DNA from: an uncultured delta proteobacterium
GTDB lineage: Bacteria > Desulfobacterota > Binatia > UBA9968
NCBI GenBank assembly: GCA_963816145.1
Contig: CAWFJP010000030.1
Coordinates: 128,001-192,000 of the forward strand
Length of the DNA: 64,000 bases
Direction of reading: 5' to 3'
The number at the start of each line of letters is the position of its first letter. The stretch's first letter is position 1. Below are positions 20,586 through 30,074 of this stretch, in pieces. The notes below the pieces were generated by a model. That model ran no database searches. It worked only from the letters and a program-made list of their open reading frames with translations, and was not told the DNA's origin. The position numbers were made by a program, and so were the translations under genes.

Positions 20586-22585
20586 GGGGACACGCCTCTG
20601 AAGCTGCTGGGTGGGTCCGCCGAGGTAAGAAACAAAACCGCCAATGGCGGTAAGGTCAGGCATAGCGAGTACCGCCGGCCCTGACAGCCAACCGGTCCGG
20701 CTTCCACACCGCCCAGGTTACCCACGCCGCTGCCGCCGTATTCCTTCGCATCGCTATTGAGTATTTCGCTCCAAAGCCCGTCGCGCGGCGCGCCGACCCG
20801 GTAATTACTGCGAACCACCGGCGTGAAATTACAAACCACTAAGACAGTCGCGTGGTCATGCCGCCCAATGCGCAGCAGGCTTACGACGCTGGCATCGGCG
20901 TCGCTGCAGTCGATCCACGCGAATCCTGCCGGATCGAAATCCAGTTCATGGAGCGCCCCATGGTCGCGGTAGCACTGGTTGAGATCGCCGACCCATTTCT
21001 GCACTCCGGCGTGAAGCGGCATTTCGAGCAGTTCCCAGTCGAGACTTTGATCATGCCTCCACTCGCGTTGCTGGCCGAACTCGCCGCCCATGAACAAGAG
21101 TTTTTTTCCCGGCTGCGCGTACATATAGCCGAGCAGCAATCTTAGATTGGCAAAACGCTGCCATTCGTCGCCGGGCATCTTGTTCAACAGCGAGCGTTTC
21201 CCGTACACCACTTCGTCGTGGGAAAGCGGCAGAATAAAATTTTCTTGAAAGGAGTAAAGCAGTCTAAAGGTCAGGCGCTGATGATGATATTTGCGGTTGA
21301 TCGGATTCTGGCAAAAATACTCCAGGGTATCGTGCATCCAACCCATGTCCCATTTAAGACCGAATCCTAATCCGCCGTTGTCTACTGGACGGGACACCAG
21401 CGGCCACGCCGTGGACTCCTCTGCAATGGTCTGAACATCGGGATAGTTTTCATACACGGTGGCGTTTAGCTGCTTGATAAACTCGATCGCTTCAAGATTT
21501 TCCCTACCGCCGTAGCGATTGGCCACCCACTCACCGTTCCGCCGCGCGTAATCGAGATAAAGCATCGACGCCACGGCGTCGACGCGCAAACCGTCGACGT
21601 GGTACTTGTCGAGCCAAAACAGCGCGTTGCTGACCAAATAACTGCGCACTTCATGGCGCCCGTAGTTAAAACTCCGACTATTCCATTCCGGTTGAATGCC
21701 TTGGCGCGGATCGGCATGGTCAAAAACATGACTGCCGTCAAAATAGGCCAGTCCATGCGCGTCGCCTGGGAAATGGGACGGCACCCAATCGAAGATCACA
21801 CCGATGTTGTTTTGATGCAGCGTGTCGATGAGAAACATTAGATCCTGCGGCGTGCCGTAGTTGGCCGACGGAGCGAAATAACCGGTGATTTGATAGCCCC
21901 ACGAACCGAAAAACGGATGGTCCATCAGCGGCAAGAATTCTACGTGGGTGAACCCCATGCGCTGCATATATTCGGCGAGAACCGGCGCCATCTCACGGTA
22001 GGATAGCGAGCGATTACCTTCGCTGCCGATGCGCCGCCAGGAGCCTAAATGAATCTCGTAGATAGAAATTGGCGCCGATAGCGAATTGCGCGAGCCTCGC
22101 TTGGCCATCCACGCCTTATCGCCCCAGGAATAATTGAGATCCCAGACGATCGATGCGCTCCGCGGCGGGATCTCATTGAAGATGGAAAAAGGATCGGCCT
22201 TTTCCAGCCGCTGATTCATGAAGCGCGAATGGATGAAATATTTGTAGAGCGCGCCCCGATCGACGCCGGCAACGAAGCCTTCCCAGATGCCCGAATTTCC
22301 GCGCGGGTGAAGCTCATCGGTTTCCTTGTCCCAATCGTTGAAACTGCCGGTCACAAAAACTCGCTCGGCGTCTGGCGCCCACACCGCGAAATAGGTTCCT
22401 TGGACTCCTTCGCGGACCCACTCGTGAGCGCCGAGTTTATTGTAAGCCCGCGAATGACTACCTTGGTTGAAAAGATACAGATCGTCATCGGTGAGTGGGC
22501 GGAAGCCAGAGCCAGAGCACATGCCGCTCCGCTCCTTGGCCGCCGCATAGGAATCTGCATTCCTGTCCAGAGTTTCGCTAATCAT
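20582..22585 (-). CDS. glgB: 1,4-alpha-glucan branching enzyme
   Basis: FAVWAP, IYEIHLGSW, SWGYQ, DGLRVDAVASM, AEEST, LSHDEVV. Confidence 0.95.
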   Translation of the reverse strand: MISETLDRNADSYAAAKERSGMCSGSGFRPLTDDDLYLFNQGSHSRAYNKLGAHEWVREGVQGTYFAVWAPDAERVFVTGSFNDWDKETDELHPRGNSGIWEGFVAGVDRGALYKYFIHSRFMNQRLEKADPFSIFNEIPPRSASIVWDLNYSWGDKAWMAKRGSRNSLSAPISIYEIHLGSWRRIGSEGNRSLSYREMAPVLAEYMQRMGFTHVEFLPLMDHPFFGSWGYQITGYFAPSANYGTPQDLMFLIDTLHQNNIGVIFDWVPSHFPGDAHGLAYFDGSHVFDHADPRQGIQPEWNSRSFNYGRHEVRSYLVSNALFWLDKYHVDGLRVDAVASMLYLDYARRNGEWVANRYGGRENLEAIEFIKQLNATVYENYPDVQTIAEESTAWPLVSRPVDNGGLGFGLKWDMGWMHDTLEYFCQNPINRKYHHQRLTFRLLYSFQENFILPLSHDEVVYGKRSLLNKMPGDEWQRFANLRLLLGYMYAQPGKKLLFMGGEFGQQREWRHDQSLDWELLEMPLHAGVQKWVGDLNQCYRDHGALHELDFDPAGFAWIDCSDADASVVSLLRIGRHDHATVLVVCNFTPVVRSNYRVGAPRDGLWSEILNSDAKEYGGSGVGNLGGVEAGPVGCQGRRYSLCLTLPPLAVLFLTSADPPSSFRGVSP

Positions 22586-22592
22586 GGCGTTT

Positions 22593-23894
22593 TCACAACT
22601 CCGCTAGGTATGGGTGTGGTGTTTCGCGGACGAGAGAAGATCCGGCGATACTCAAACTGCCGCGCTGGACGACAACGATATCGTCGTCGGATACAAAATA
22701 ACGCTCGCGATCTTGCTCGAAGTTTGTCCCGATCTCGGTACCAGCCGGAATTGCGTTATGCTTATCGATAATCGCCCGGCGAATCCGGCATCCCCGACCG
22801 ATCTCCACCCGGTCCATAATGATCGAATCTTCGATAAGGGAGTAGCTATTGATCCGCACGTTGCGGCCGATAACCGATCCGCGCACCAGACTGCCGCTGA
22901 TGATGGTGCCTTCGCCGACGATGGAATTGACTGATACGCCGCGCCGGCCGTTCTCGTCGAAAACAAATTTTGCCGGTGGATTATCATAAGCTACGGTGCG
23001 TATAGGCCAGCTCTGATTATAAAGATTAAACGACGGCGCCACCGACCGCAGGTCCATATTGGCCTCGTAGTAGGCCGAGAGCGTGCCGACATCACGCCAA
23101 TAGCTTGGCTCTTCGCTCCGCGAAGTAATGGGAATTCGGTTCTTGCGAAAATCGTAGGCGAACACCTTGGTCTTATTTAGCAGCGTCGGAATGACGTCGC
23201 CGCCAAAGTCCTGGCTCGCGGCCGTTGGCCCCGTTCCCCCGCTCAACGCGTCGCAGAGAACCCGGCTATTGAACAAATAATTGCCCATAGAGCCCAAAGC
23301 ATACTCCGCCTCGCTGGGAATTCGCTTCGGTTCACTCGGCTTTTCCTCGAAGCCGATGATGCGCCAGTCGCGATCGATTTGAATGACACCCAGGCTTCCG
23401 GTCGCGTCCTCGGCTTTTACCGGAAGCGCGGCCACCGTAACTTCCGCCTGCTTAGCCCGATGCTCCGCAATCATCTGGGCTACGTTCATCCGGTAGATAT
23501 GATCGGCGCTGAAGACCGCAACGAGGTCGGGTTTATCTCGCTCGATGAGGTGCTTGTTCTGGTAAACAGCGTCGGCAGTACCGCTGTACCAACCGTCGCC
23601 CGTGCGCATCTGAGCGGGAACCGCTTTTACGAAACGATCCTGCAACAAATCGGAGAGGCGCCAACCCGCCTCCAGATGATCGATGAGCGATTGCGATTTA
23701 AATTGCGTGAGCACATAGATTCGGCGGATGCCAGAATTGACAAAGTTGGAAAGGACAAAATCGATAATGCGGTATTTCCCACCAAAGGGAACAGCTGGTT
23801 TGGCGCGGTCATTGGTCAGTGGGAAAAGCCTCTCTCCTCGTCCACCTGCCAGGACGATGCCAAGAACATTGTCGTTGTTTCGCTCTTTTTCCAT
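22593..23894 (-). CDS. glgC: glucose-1-phosphate adenylyltransferase
   Basis: LAGGRGERLFPLT..RAKPAVPFGGKYRIIDF, GTADAVYQN, YWRDVGT, left-handed beta-helix C-terminus; start 23894 (alternative 23915). Confidence 0.95.
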   Translation of the reverse strand: MEKERNNDNVLGIVLAGGRGERLFPLTNDRAKPAVPFGGKYRIIDFVLSNFVNSGIRRIYVLTQFKSQSLIDHLEAGWRLSDLLQDRFVKAVPAQMRTGDGWYSGTADAVYQNKHLIERDKPDLVAVFSADHIYRMNVAQMIAEHRAKQAEVTVAALPVKAEDATGSLGVIQIDRDWRIIGFEEKPSEPKRIPSEAEYALGSMGNYLFNSRVLCDALSGGTGPTAASQDFGGDVIPTLLNKTKVFAYDFRKNRIPITSRSEEPSYWRDVGTLSAYYEANMDLRSVAPSFNLYNQSWPIRTVAYDNPPAKFVFDENGRRGVSVNSIVGEGTIISGSLVRGSVIGRNVRINSYSLIEDSIIMDRVEIGRGCRIRRAIIDKHNAIPAGTEIGTNFEQDRERYFVSDDDIVVVQRGSLSIAGSSLVRETPHPYLAEL

Positions 23895-24068
23895 TGTTTT
23901 GTTGCCTGCGAGCACGTCGGCTTTCTCGCTCCATAGCCACGCTGATGGCTGCAGAATTGAGGGTTGAACAGGTTCTCAACTACGCGCCATTAGCGCGGTC
24001 GCGGGATTTCGAAAATTGCCGTGACCATCTGGAACCACCAATCCAACACAAAGTAATCCCTGACAGGC

Positions 24069-24083
24069 GCAAGAAAGATACCA
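24069..24083 (-). promoter_or_regulatory. sigma-54 promoter of the glg/tre operon
   Basis: minus strand TGGTATCTTTCTTGC (GG-N10-GC). Confidence 0.7.
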
Positions 24084-24174
24084 GCGCCGACGAAGGTGAA
24101 AGTGCTCGAAAGTAAAGGAATCGGACTTGTCGGAGAAGTAAATGGCGCCTGGAGTGACGGGTTTTTTCTACTTT

Positions 24175-24191
24175 GGAAGAGTTTTTCCTAC
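24175..24191. promoter_or_regulatory. putative enhancer (UAS) for a sigma-54 activator
   Basis: GGAAGAGTTTTTCCTAC, 16/17 identical to 28314-28330; both lie about 100 bp upstream of a -24/-12 box. Confidence 0.55.
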
Positions 24192-24591
24192 AAATCTAAA
24201 GCGTTCTCGATGAACCTAATCCGACGGTGAGATAAGGCAGCCAAAACCCTCGAAGTCACGGAGCCCATTTAAAGATGATTTTCCGAAGCAGCTTCGCCGT
24301 ACATATTCAGGTAGCGGCCAGGAGGGAAGGTCATCTGATTCGTTCAGCGACAGAGAGGCCCCAACAATCAGCGTTCCACATGTTGGCCTGGCATCGCGAT
24401 CCATTCAAGGAAAGATTCAGATAGCAGTTGCTGCGCATCCGCTGATAGCCTGCAGCATTGAAATTAGAATTTTTCGATCACGCCGAAATCTGAAAGTCGA
24501 AAACCGCCGCAAGTCGCCACAACATTCCCGCATCGCAGTAAACAAACACATGCTCGAATTACTAAATTATTGACAGCATACCAATCTTGCC

Positions 24592-25398
24592 TCAATTATC
24601 CTCTTCTGCCGCGGTCCAGTTTGCGGCTTCCTCCGCAGTCAGTGAACCAATCGGGATGTACCGCGCATCCGAATATCCCCACGTCTCAACATCGTCGCGA
24701 TATTGAGTGCGCGACAGCAGCGTGCCCCGGCACACGCGGTTCCTCGACAACGGCCCGCCTTTCTCGATCTGTAGCTGATCCAGCAGAGATCCCATCACCG
24801 GCGAAGGCACCAGAGGATGTTCCGACGGATAAATATATCCAAAAAGAATTAGATGGCTAAGGAGCACCCGCCAGTGTGGTCCAAAACGCTCCAACAGCCG
24901 TCGCCAGTCGAGACGCGCCGCGCACGCACGTATAAGATGCGCGACATCGGCGCCGTCATAGCGTTCGCGCTCCATGACAAACGCCTTGGACCAAATCATT
25001 TCTTCCGGTGGGCAGAAAATCACCGGTACATCGTACACCTCTCCCACAACCGCATGCTCAAACCAGCCACCGTCGACCGCGCAGACACCATTTCCCGAAC
25101 TGAAAATGAGGTCGATATAATCCCGACCGCTGAAAATCTTTCCAAGCCAATGAGGATAGCAAAGCTTAGTTTCAAACTGACTCCCCGCGAGCGTCTTTAG
25201 AGCGAACTCGACGTCCGAAGGCCGCACGAAGATATCCATATCTTTCGTCTTGCGACTGATTCCGGAGTACAACTCCACGGCGTGGCCACCGCCAACGAGA
25301 TATCTAATCTTAGATTCGTTGAACACTTCGAGGACACTGCGGTAAAAATCTTGCCGGTTGGACGTTGTCGACAAAACTGACTCGACGGCTTTACTCAT
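24592..25398 (-). CDS. uncharacterised Pol-beta-superfamily nucleotidyltransferase
   Basis: LVGGGHAV...RKTKDMDIF (GG..A / DxD), IDLIF, WSKAFVMERERYDGAD. Confidence 0.8.
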   Translation of the reverse strand: MSKAVESVLSTTSNRQDFYRSVLEVFNESKIRYLVGGGHAVELYSGISRKTKDMDIFVRPSDVEFALKTLAGSQFETKLCYPHWLGKIFSGRDYIDLIFSSGNGVCAVDGGWFEHAVVGEVYDVPVIFCPPEEMIWSKAFVMERERYDGADVAHLIRACAARLDWRRLLERFGPHWRVLLSHLILFGYIYPSEHPLVPSPVMGSLLDQLQIEKGGPLSRNRVCRGTLLSRTQYRDDVETWGYSDARYIPIGSLTAEEAANWTAAEEDN

Positions 25399-26131
25399 TA
25401 TGTCTCGGCTCCAAACTCTGCGGGATCTCCATTATTCGAAACCCAGGATGGTCCGGAAACACATGTTGTAAGAGCTTCATGGCGACATTGTAAACGGGCA
25501 CACCGTTTTTCGTGCGTCCCTCCGGAGCGCCGTGATGCGCGTGCCCATGAAAGACAGCGGTTACCGGATATCGATTAAGCGGTTCCTCGAGTCTGCTCGA
25601 TCCCAGAAACGGAAATATCTCGGCCGGCTCACCCACCACCGTGGCTTGAATCGGCGAATAGTGCAGCAGAACTATACGCGTTTCCGAGCGCAGCCGTGCC
25701 AGGGCTGATTCTAGCTTCAGTGCCTCATCGATCGCCTCGTGGACAAAACGTTTGACGGTTTCCTCGCCCCAGGGGCCGAGAGCCCGCTCGCCAAAGCCGC
25801 CGCCGAACCCTTTGACGCCGGCAAAACCAACTCCGCCAACCTCACGGGCGTCGCCGTCGAGCACTATGGCACCGGCATCGGAAATAATTCTTTTGACTTC
25901 GTCCGGTTTACCAGACTCAAATTCATGATTGCCGAGCACAGCTAAGACCGGGATTTTCAGGCTGCTTATTTCCTTCGCCAGAACCATCGCCTCTTCGGGC
26001 AAACCATAATCAATAAGATCACCACACAGCAGAAGCACGTCGGCACTTTGAGCGATCTGCATAATCAGGGGTCGCATCCAATCATGCGAAGTATTGTTGC
26101 AATGCAGGTCTGCGAGAGCGGCGATGCGCAT
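25391..26131 (-). CDS. calcineurin-like metallophosphoesterase
   Basis: ADLH, GDL, GNHE, HY, HGHAH motifs; overlaps the next gene by 8 nt. Confidence 0.9.
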   Translation of the reverse strand: MRIAALADLHCNNTSHDWMRPLIMQIAQSADVLLLCGDLIDYGLPEEAMVLAKEISSLKIPVLAVLGNHEFESGKPDEVKRIISDAGAIVLDGDAREVGGVGFAGVKGFGGGFGERALGPWGEETVKRFVHEAIDEALKLESALARLRSETRIVLLHYSPIQATVVGEPAEIFPFLGSSRLEEPLNRYPVTAVFHGHAHHGAPEGRTKNGVPVYNVAMKLLQHVFPDHPGFRIMEIPQSLEPRHNE

Positions 26132-26179
26132 GTCCTTCTCCCGGAAGTTTCTCGTCTGCCAATGGGCGCGATCGAAACG

Positions 26180-26524
26180 TTATCGCGTGCCTTTTGGCTG
26201 CCACTTTTTGGCGGTTCTAAGACTGCGCTTCTTCAAATTGATCGGCGCATCCGCGTGCGTAGAGGTTGCGCGCCGAGCCAAGCCCGGGGTCACCGCAGCC
26301 GTTCGACGCTTGCTGCCCGCATTTTTTTTCGCACTACCTCTTGGTCCTTTACCGTAGCCGGAGCCACCTGGTTTATTGCCACCGCCATCGGTCTTGTTGA
26401 CGGTCGCCCAAGCGCGGCTCATGGCCTCACGTTCGCCAATCCCCTCGCGCTCGTAACCGAGCTCTATATGTCTGGCTTGGCGCTTTTGTTTGTCTGTGTA
26501 CTTTGCCTTACTACCGCTGGCCAT
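26180..26524 (-). CDS. small basic stress-associated protein (family often labelled plasmid stabilization protein; ChaB-like)
   Basis: YTDKQKRQARHIE.GY...G....EA..RAWATVNK..GGG signature, K/R-rich tail. Confidence 0.8.
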   Translation of the reverse strand: MASGSKAKYTDKQKRQARHIELGYEREGIGEREAMSRAWATVNKTDGGGNKPGGSGYGKGPRGSAKKNAGSKRRTAAVTPGLARRATSTHADAPINLKKRSLRTAKKWQPKGTR

Positions 26525-26649
26525 AACGCTATCCCCATATCGCTATTTGCTCGGTGTGATCTTCGCCGAACACTTCGTCGGGGCCGACGCGTATCCCTTG
26601 ACGGGGAAAATTTCCACCGGCCCTTGGTTCCATTTGTTGAATGTGACGC

Positions 26650-26664
26650 GCAAAAGGCGTGCCG
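26650..26664 (-). promoter_or_regulatory. sigma-54 promoter of the basic protein-phosphoesterase-nucleotidyltransferase operon
   Basis: minus strand CGGCACGCCTTTTGC; related motif GGAGTTTTCCTAC at 26752-26764. Confidence 0.75.
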
Positions 26665-27016
26665 GTCAATTAACTGGCAAATCACCTATAAACGAAGTGT
26701 TTTCCCGAGCTAATTCCGACATGCACGCGCATTTGTCGGAGATTCGCCTACGGAGTTTTCCTACGCGCAGATTCAATTCCGTGGGAATCTCGATATTTGT
26801 GTGGCAAGTTGAAAACAGCAAAGCAGCGCGATCACTGCACGAGGCAGCGTTCAGATAATATGTGTTGTCGCTTCCGGAAGCCTAATCGTGCGACGATGCC
26901 TACGTCCGAGGTCGGTGCACTCACGATGACTGTCAGATAGCCAAGACAAGGTAGAAAGGTATTACGGATCCAATCGCGGGTGTTCTTTGTAGACGCTTCG
27001 ACTGACCGTGGGGCAC

Positions 27017-28081
27017 CTAAATCTCGCTAAACATGCATGAACGCAATGCCTCGATCTTTCTTTTGTAACAGCCCGGGTCGAGAAACCGCAGCGTGGCAGC
27101 GATGCTACTCAACAATGAATTGCCGTCCTGCGGGGTGAAACACACGCCGACCACTTCACGGTCTCCCTTGAGCGCGAGACTTTGCCGGACAACGACCGTC
27201 TGGTTCAAAATTCGACCGAAGAGTCCATGATCGCGCCCGAAGGAAAATACTGAAGCCGAAGAGCTCTTATTGGTCAAAGCGATTCTCGGGTTGGCCTCGA
27301 TCCGCTGTATGACATTCTCTAACGTCGTCGGCCGGCGCAACACCAGATCGAAATGAATCATATGCATATACTGGGTGTTTAACTTCAGTGCCGAGGAAAA
27401 TATATTCAAGTCCAGACCGCGGGTTTTAAACAGATAATGGGCGTCTCGTGCCTGATGTGTGCCAAAACGGCGATCATCATGTTTTCCGGCTTCGGGTGCC
27501 GCGATGAACGCGCCATCCTCGCTCAGATCGTTGGCCCGGCGCATACAAACAAAACGTGCCTCTGCCAAATTGTCTTCCTGTGCCGGCCCCAATGCGATGG
27601 TGTCGATTACTGCGGCCAAGTTATGCGTATTGCAACTCACCACCTGTACGAACCGGTCGCAATCCCTATCGAGTATTGTGTCGTTGATCCCGTGTGCATA
27701 CATTTTACCGAAGCCAAATTCACTGCCTTGGGCAATAAAGCCGCAGCCGTTGGTAGCGTAACGATCATAATATTTCCGCTTGTTTTCATTACCCGCGGGT
27801 GTGCAATCGATCACCACCTTCGCGCGCCCGATCGCATCCTCCGCTTCATAGCAGGGCTCCATGCCGAGGTCGCTGAACGTTCCCCAACGCTCCTTGTCGA
27901 CGCACAGTTTTGCGCCGTGGCCGGCCAGCACTGCCACTTTTGACCGGTCGGTCACCAAGGGAGTTCGTTTATGAAAGGTGATTTCGTCGATACCGAACGG
28001 CTGGCGAAAGTTGGCCAACAGGCCAATCAGCGGCTCGCCGATGGTTCCAGTTCCGACCACGTGGACGATGTTTTTGTGCAT
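27017..28081 (-). CDS. archaeal-type (class II) glyceraldehyde-3-phosphate dehydrogenase homologue
   Basis: Rossmann motif VVGTGTIG, IDCTP, IAQGSE, catalytic VVSCNT, RRAND; AGGAG RBS. Confidence 0.75.
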   Translation of the reverse strand: MHKNIVHVVGTGTIGEPLIGLLANFRQPFGIDEITFHKRTPLVTDRSKVAVLAGHGAKLCVDKERWGTFSDLGMEPCYEAEDAIGRAKVVIDCTPAGNENKRKYYDRYATNGCGFIAQGSEFGFGKMYAHGINDTILDRDCDRFVQVVSCNTHNLAAVIDTIALGPAQEDNLAEARFVCMRRANDLSEDGAFIAAPEAGKHDDRRFGTHQARDAHYLFKTRGLDLNIFSSALKLNTQYMHMIHFDLVLRRPTTLENVIQRIEANPRIALTNKSSSASVFSFGRDHGLFGRILNQTVVVRQSLALKGDREVVGVCFTPQDGNSLLSSIAATLRFLDPGCYKRKIEALRSCMFSEI

Positions 28082-28200
28082 ACGTGCTCCTGTCTCCGCT
28101 TTGCGCGTGACTTGCAGTTTTACATTCAGTTGTTTAGTACGCGGGCGCGAACCATCCCATGAATCTACGGTATGGGATCTTAGGTTCGGTGTGACGGATG

Positions 28201-28216
28201 AGCAACCGTTATGCCA
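28201..28216 (-). promoter_or_regulatory. sigma-54 promoter of the GAPDH-like gene
   Basis: minus strand TGGCATAACGGTTGCT. Confidence 0.78.
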
Positions 28217-28313
28217 ACACCTCGCCGCTTGGTATTCACTCGCTTTGAAACTGTTTTGAGTATCAGCTCGCCGATAAGAGTCGTCAATTCATTAGTGGGT
28301 TTCATACAACCCA

Positions 28314-28330
28314 GGAAGAGTTTTTCCTGC
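28314..28330. promoter_or_regulatory. putative enhancer (UAS) for a sigma-54 activator
   Basis: GGAAGAGTTTTTCCTGC, near-identical to 24175-24191. Confidence 0.55.
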
Positions 28331-28413
28331 GATTTTTAACTCTGTTGAATCTCCGTGATATCTCGGTACTGCGCGGCATGTAACCCACGAACAGCAGAAC
28401 TCAACGTTGCAGA

Positions 28414-28956
28414 TCATAAGACCGTGATGCCTTCCTCCCGATAACGGCGATGCATTCGCTTGACAAATTCATGTTTGTACAAAAAGTTGTCACCCAGTCC
28501 CCGGCCGCTCAATGTCACCGCAAAATCAACCCCCGAAGGATTGAACGCAGAAAAACGGACGAAGGTATCGCGGTGCGAATCTCGTTTGCATAGGGTTTTA
28601 AACATTTCTCGCACGACGTGGCAGGTTACCTGCTCGACTGCTTCCAGGTCGTTGTTGCAGTGCACCCTCAGCTGAACCTAGACCATCGAGTCGTTAGAGT
28701 GGCTGTGAAAGTTGCTGATGTTACTCTGCACGAGTTTGCTGTTGGGCACATAGACCGTAACTTGGGGAAGTTCCCTGATCTGCGTATTGCGCCAGCCTAT
28801 ATGCTCTACATAGCCTTCTTCCCCCGTTGAAAGTCTCACGTATTGGCCGACCTGCAGCGGTTGGTCGGCTTTGATGTATAACCCGGCAAAGAGGTTGCCG
28901 AGCGTGTCCTGAAGCGCGATGACGATTGCCAAACTGCCGATGCCAAGTGTCGTCAC
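28414..28956 (-). pseudogene. MscS mechanosensitive channel remnant (N-terminus deleted, frame broken near 28680)
   Basis: LGIGSLAIVIALQDTLGNLFAG, GYVEHIGWRNTQIR, VPNSKL, then HEFVKRMHRRYREEGI in another ORF. Confidence 0.8.
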
Positions 28957-29129
28957 GCGCCTTTGGTTGCAGCGGAGAATTCGACGGTCTCCTGGCCCTT
29001 GTCGGTCTTCAGCAAAATTTGTTTTTTGCCCTGATCGACCCTCGCCACGGTACCTTCCAGGAGCGCCGCGTAAACGGAAATCGTGGGAACAAACAGCACG
29101 ACGGCCGCAAATGCTAATAGCTTCCTCAT
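28953..29129 (-). CDS. small secreted OB-fold-like protein, probably truncated at the deletion junction
   Basis: AAGGAGG RBS; MRKLLAFAAVVLFVPTISVYAALLEGTVARVDQGKKQILLKTDKGQETVEFSAATKGA (58 aa); not in the ORF track. Confidence 0.65.
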   Translation of the reverse strand: MRKLLAFAAVVLFVPTISVYAALLEGTVARVDQGKKQILLKTDKGQETVEFSAATKGA

Positions 29130-29206
29130 GGTTTATCACCTCCTTTCTCTGTATGTTGTTGAGCGCGCTTAGAAGAAATCGCCGTGTCGCCCAGTGCGGT
29201 ATTTGC

Positions 29207-29221
29207 GCAAGGCCTGTGCCA
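29207..29221 (-). promoter_or_regulatory. sigma-54 promoter
   Basis: minus strand TGGCACAGGCCTTGC. Confidence 0.8.
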
Positions 29222-29498
29222 GATGCCCAGGGTTATTAAATTGCTATAATTTTCATGTCCATTGACGACCGACATGAATGCTCAACGGCTTTTGTAAGGG
29301 TTTTTCCGCTGAAGGAAAGTAGATATTTCCTGCGCTTGATTACCGATAACCGTGATTCACATCGACACTCGACCGCGCCTACATTTCGATGGTTCGCGCG
29401 CGATCATCAATTGCACTCCGTGAAACGCCCATTAAAGAGGTTATTCCCCTTGGTGATTTCGGTTGACCGGGGTAAGCCGCGGCGATTAATAAAAGTCC

Positions 29499-30074
29499 TC
29501 ACAGGTTCGATGGATGGCGAACTGAACCGGCAACGTTGCTCCAGAAGGAAAAAGAGATCCAGGCGAATAGAAGGGAATAGTTTACGATGATGGCCACTTG
29601 TAAAGCGTTCAGCTCGCGGTTGGAAAAAGTACGCCCCAGTGACCAACTCGCAAGTGCGGTCTGCCCGAGCGCGACGAGCGCGAGCGCAATGCGCCGCCGT
29701 TTTGCCACGCGACGCCACTCGATCTGAACATCGGCACTCTCGGATAGTTCACTGCCGATTGGATCGGCGGAAAATGAGTGTGTTCCGGTGCGTTCTTTAC
29801 GGTTAGCCAATCTAGACCAGAGCCGGTGCCACAGGCCGAGTTCAATTTTGCTTGGCGCCATGGGAATACGGCGTGTTTCTGGCGTCGCAAACCGGCTCGG
29901 ACAGTCCTGCCAATAGTTACTAAAATGGTCGCAGTTTTGACTGACCCCGTTCTCATGCTTGGCGCGGTGCTGCGCCAGAATCTGGTGTCGTTGAGACGCT
30001 TGAACGGAGCCTCCCAGTCCGCCTTCGGCAGCTTGTTCCGATTGTCACACTGGTTGATATCTAGATTCGCTCAT
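29499..30074 (-). pseudogene. opgH: OpgH/MdoH glucosyltransferase N-terminal remnant
   Basis: WRRVAKRRRIALALVALGQT...LLFAWISFSFW; catalytic domain absent; ATG overlaps the opgG stop. Confidence 0.75.
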
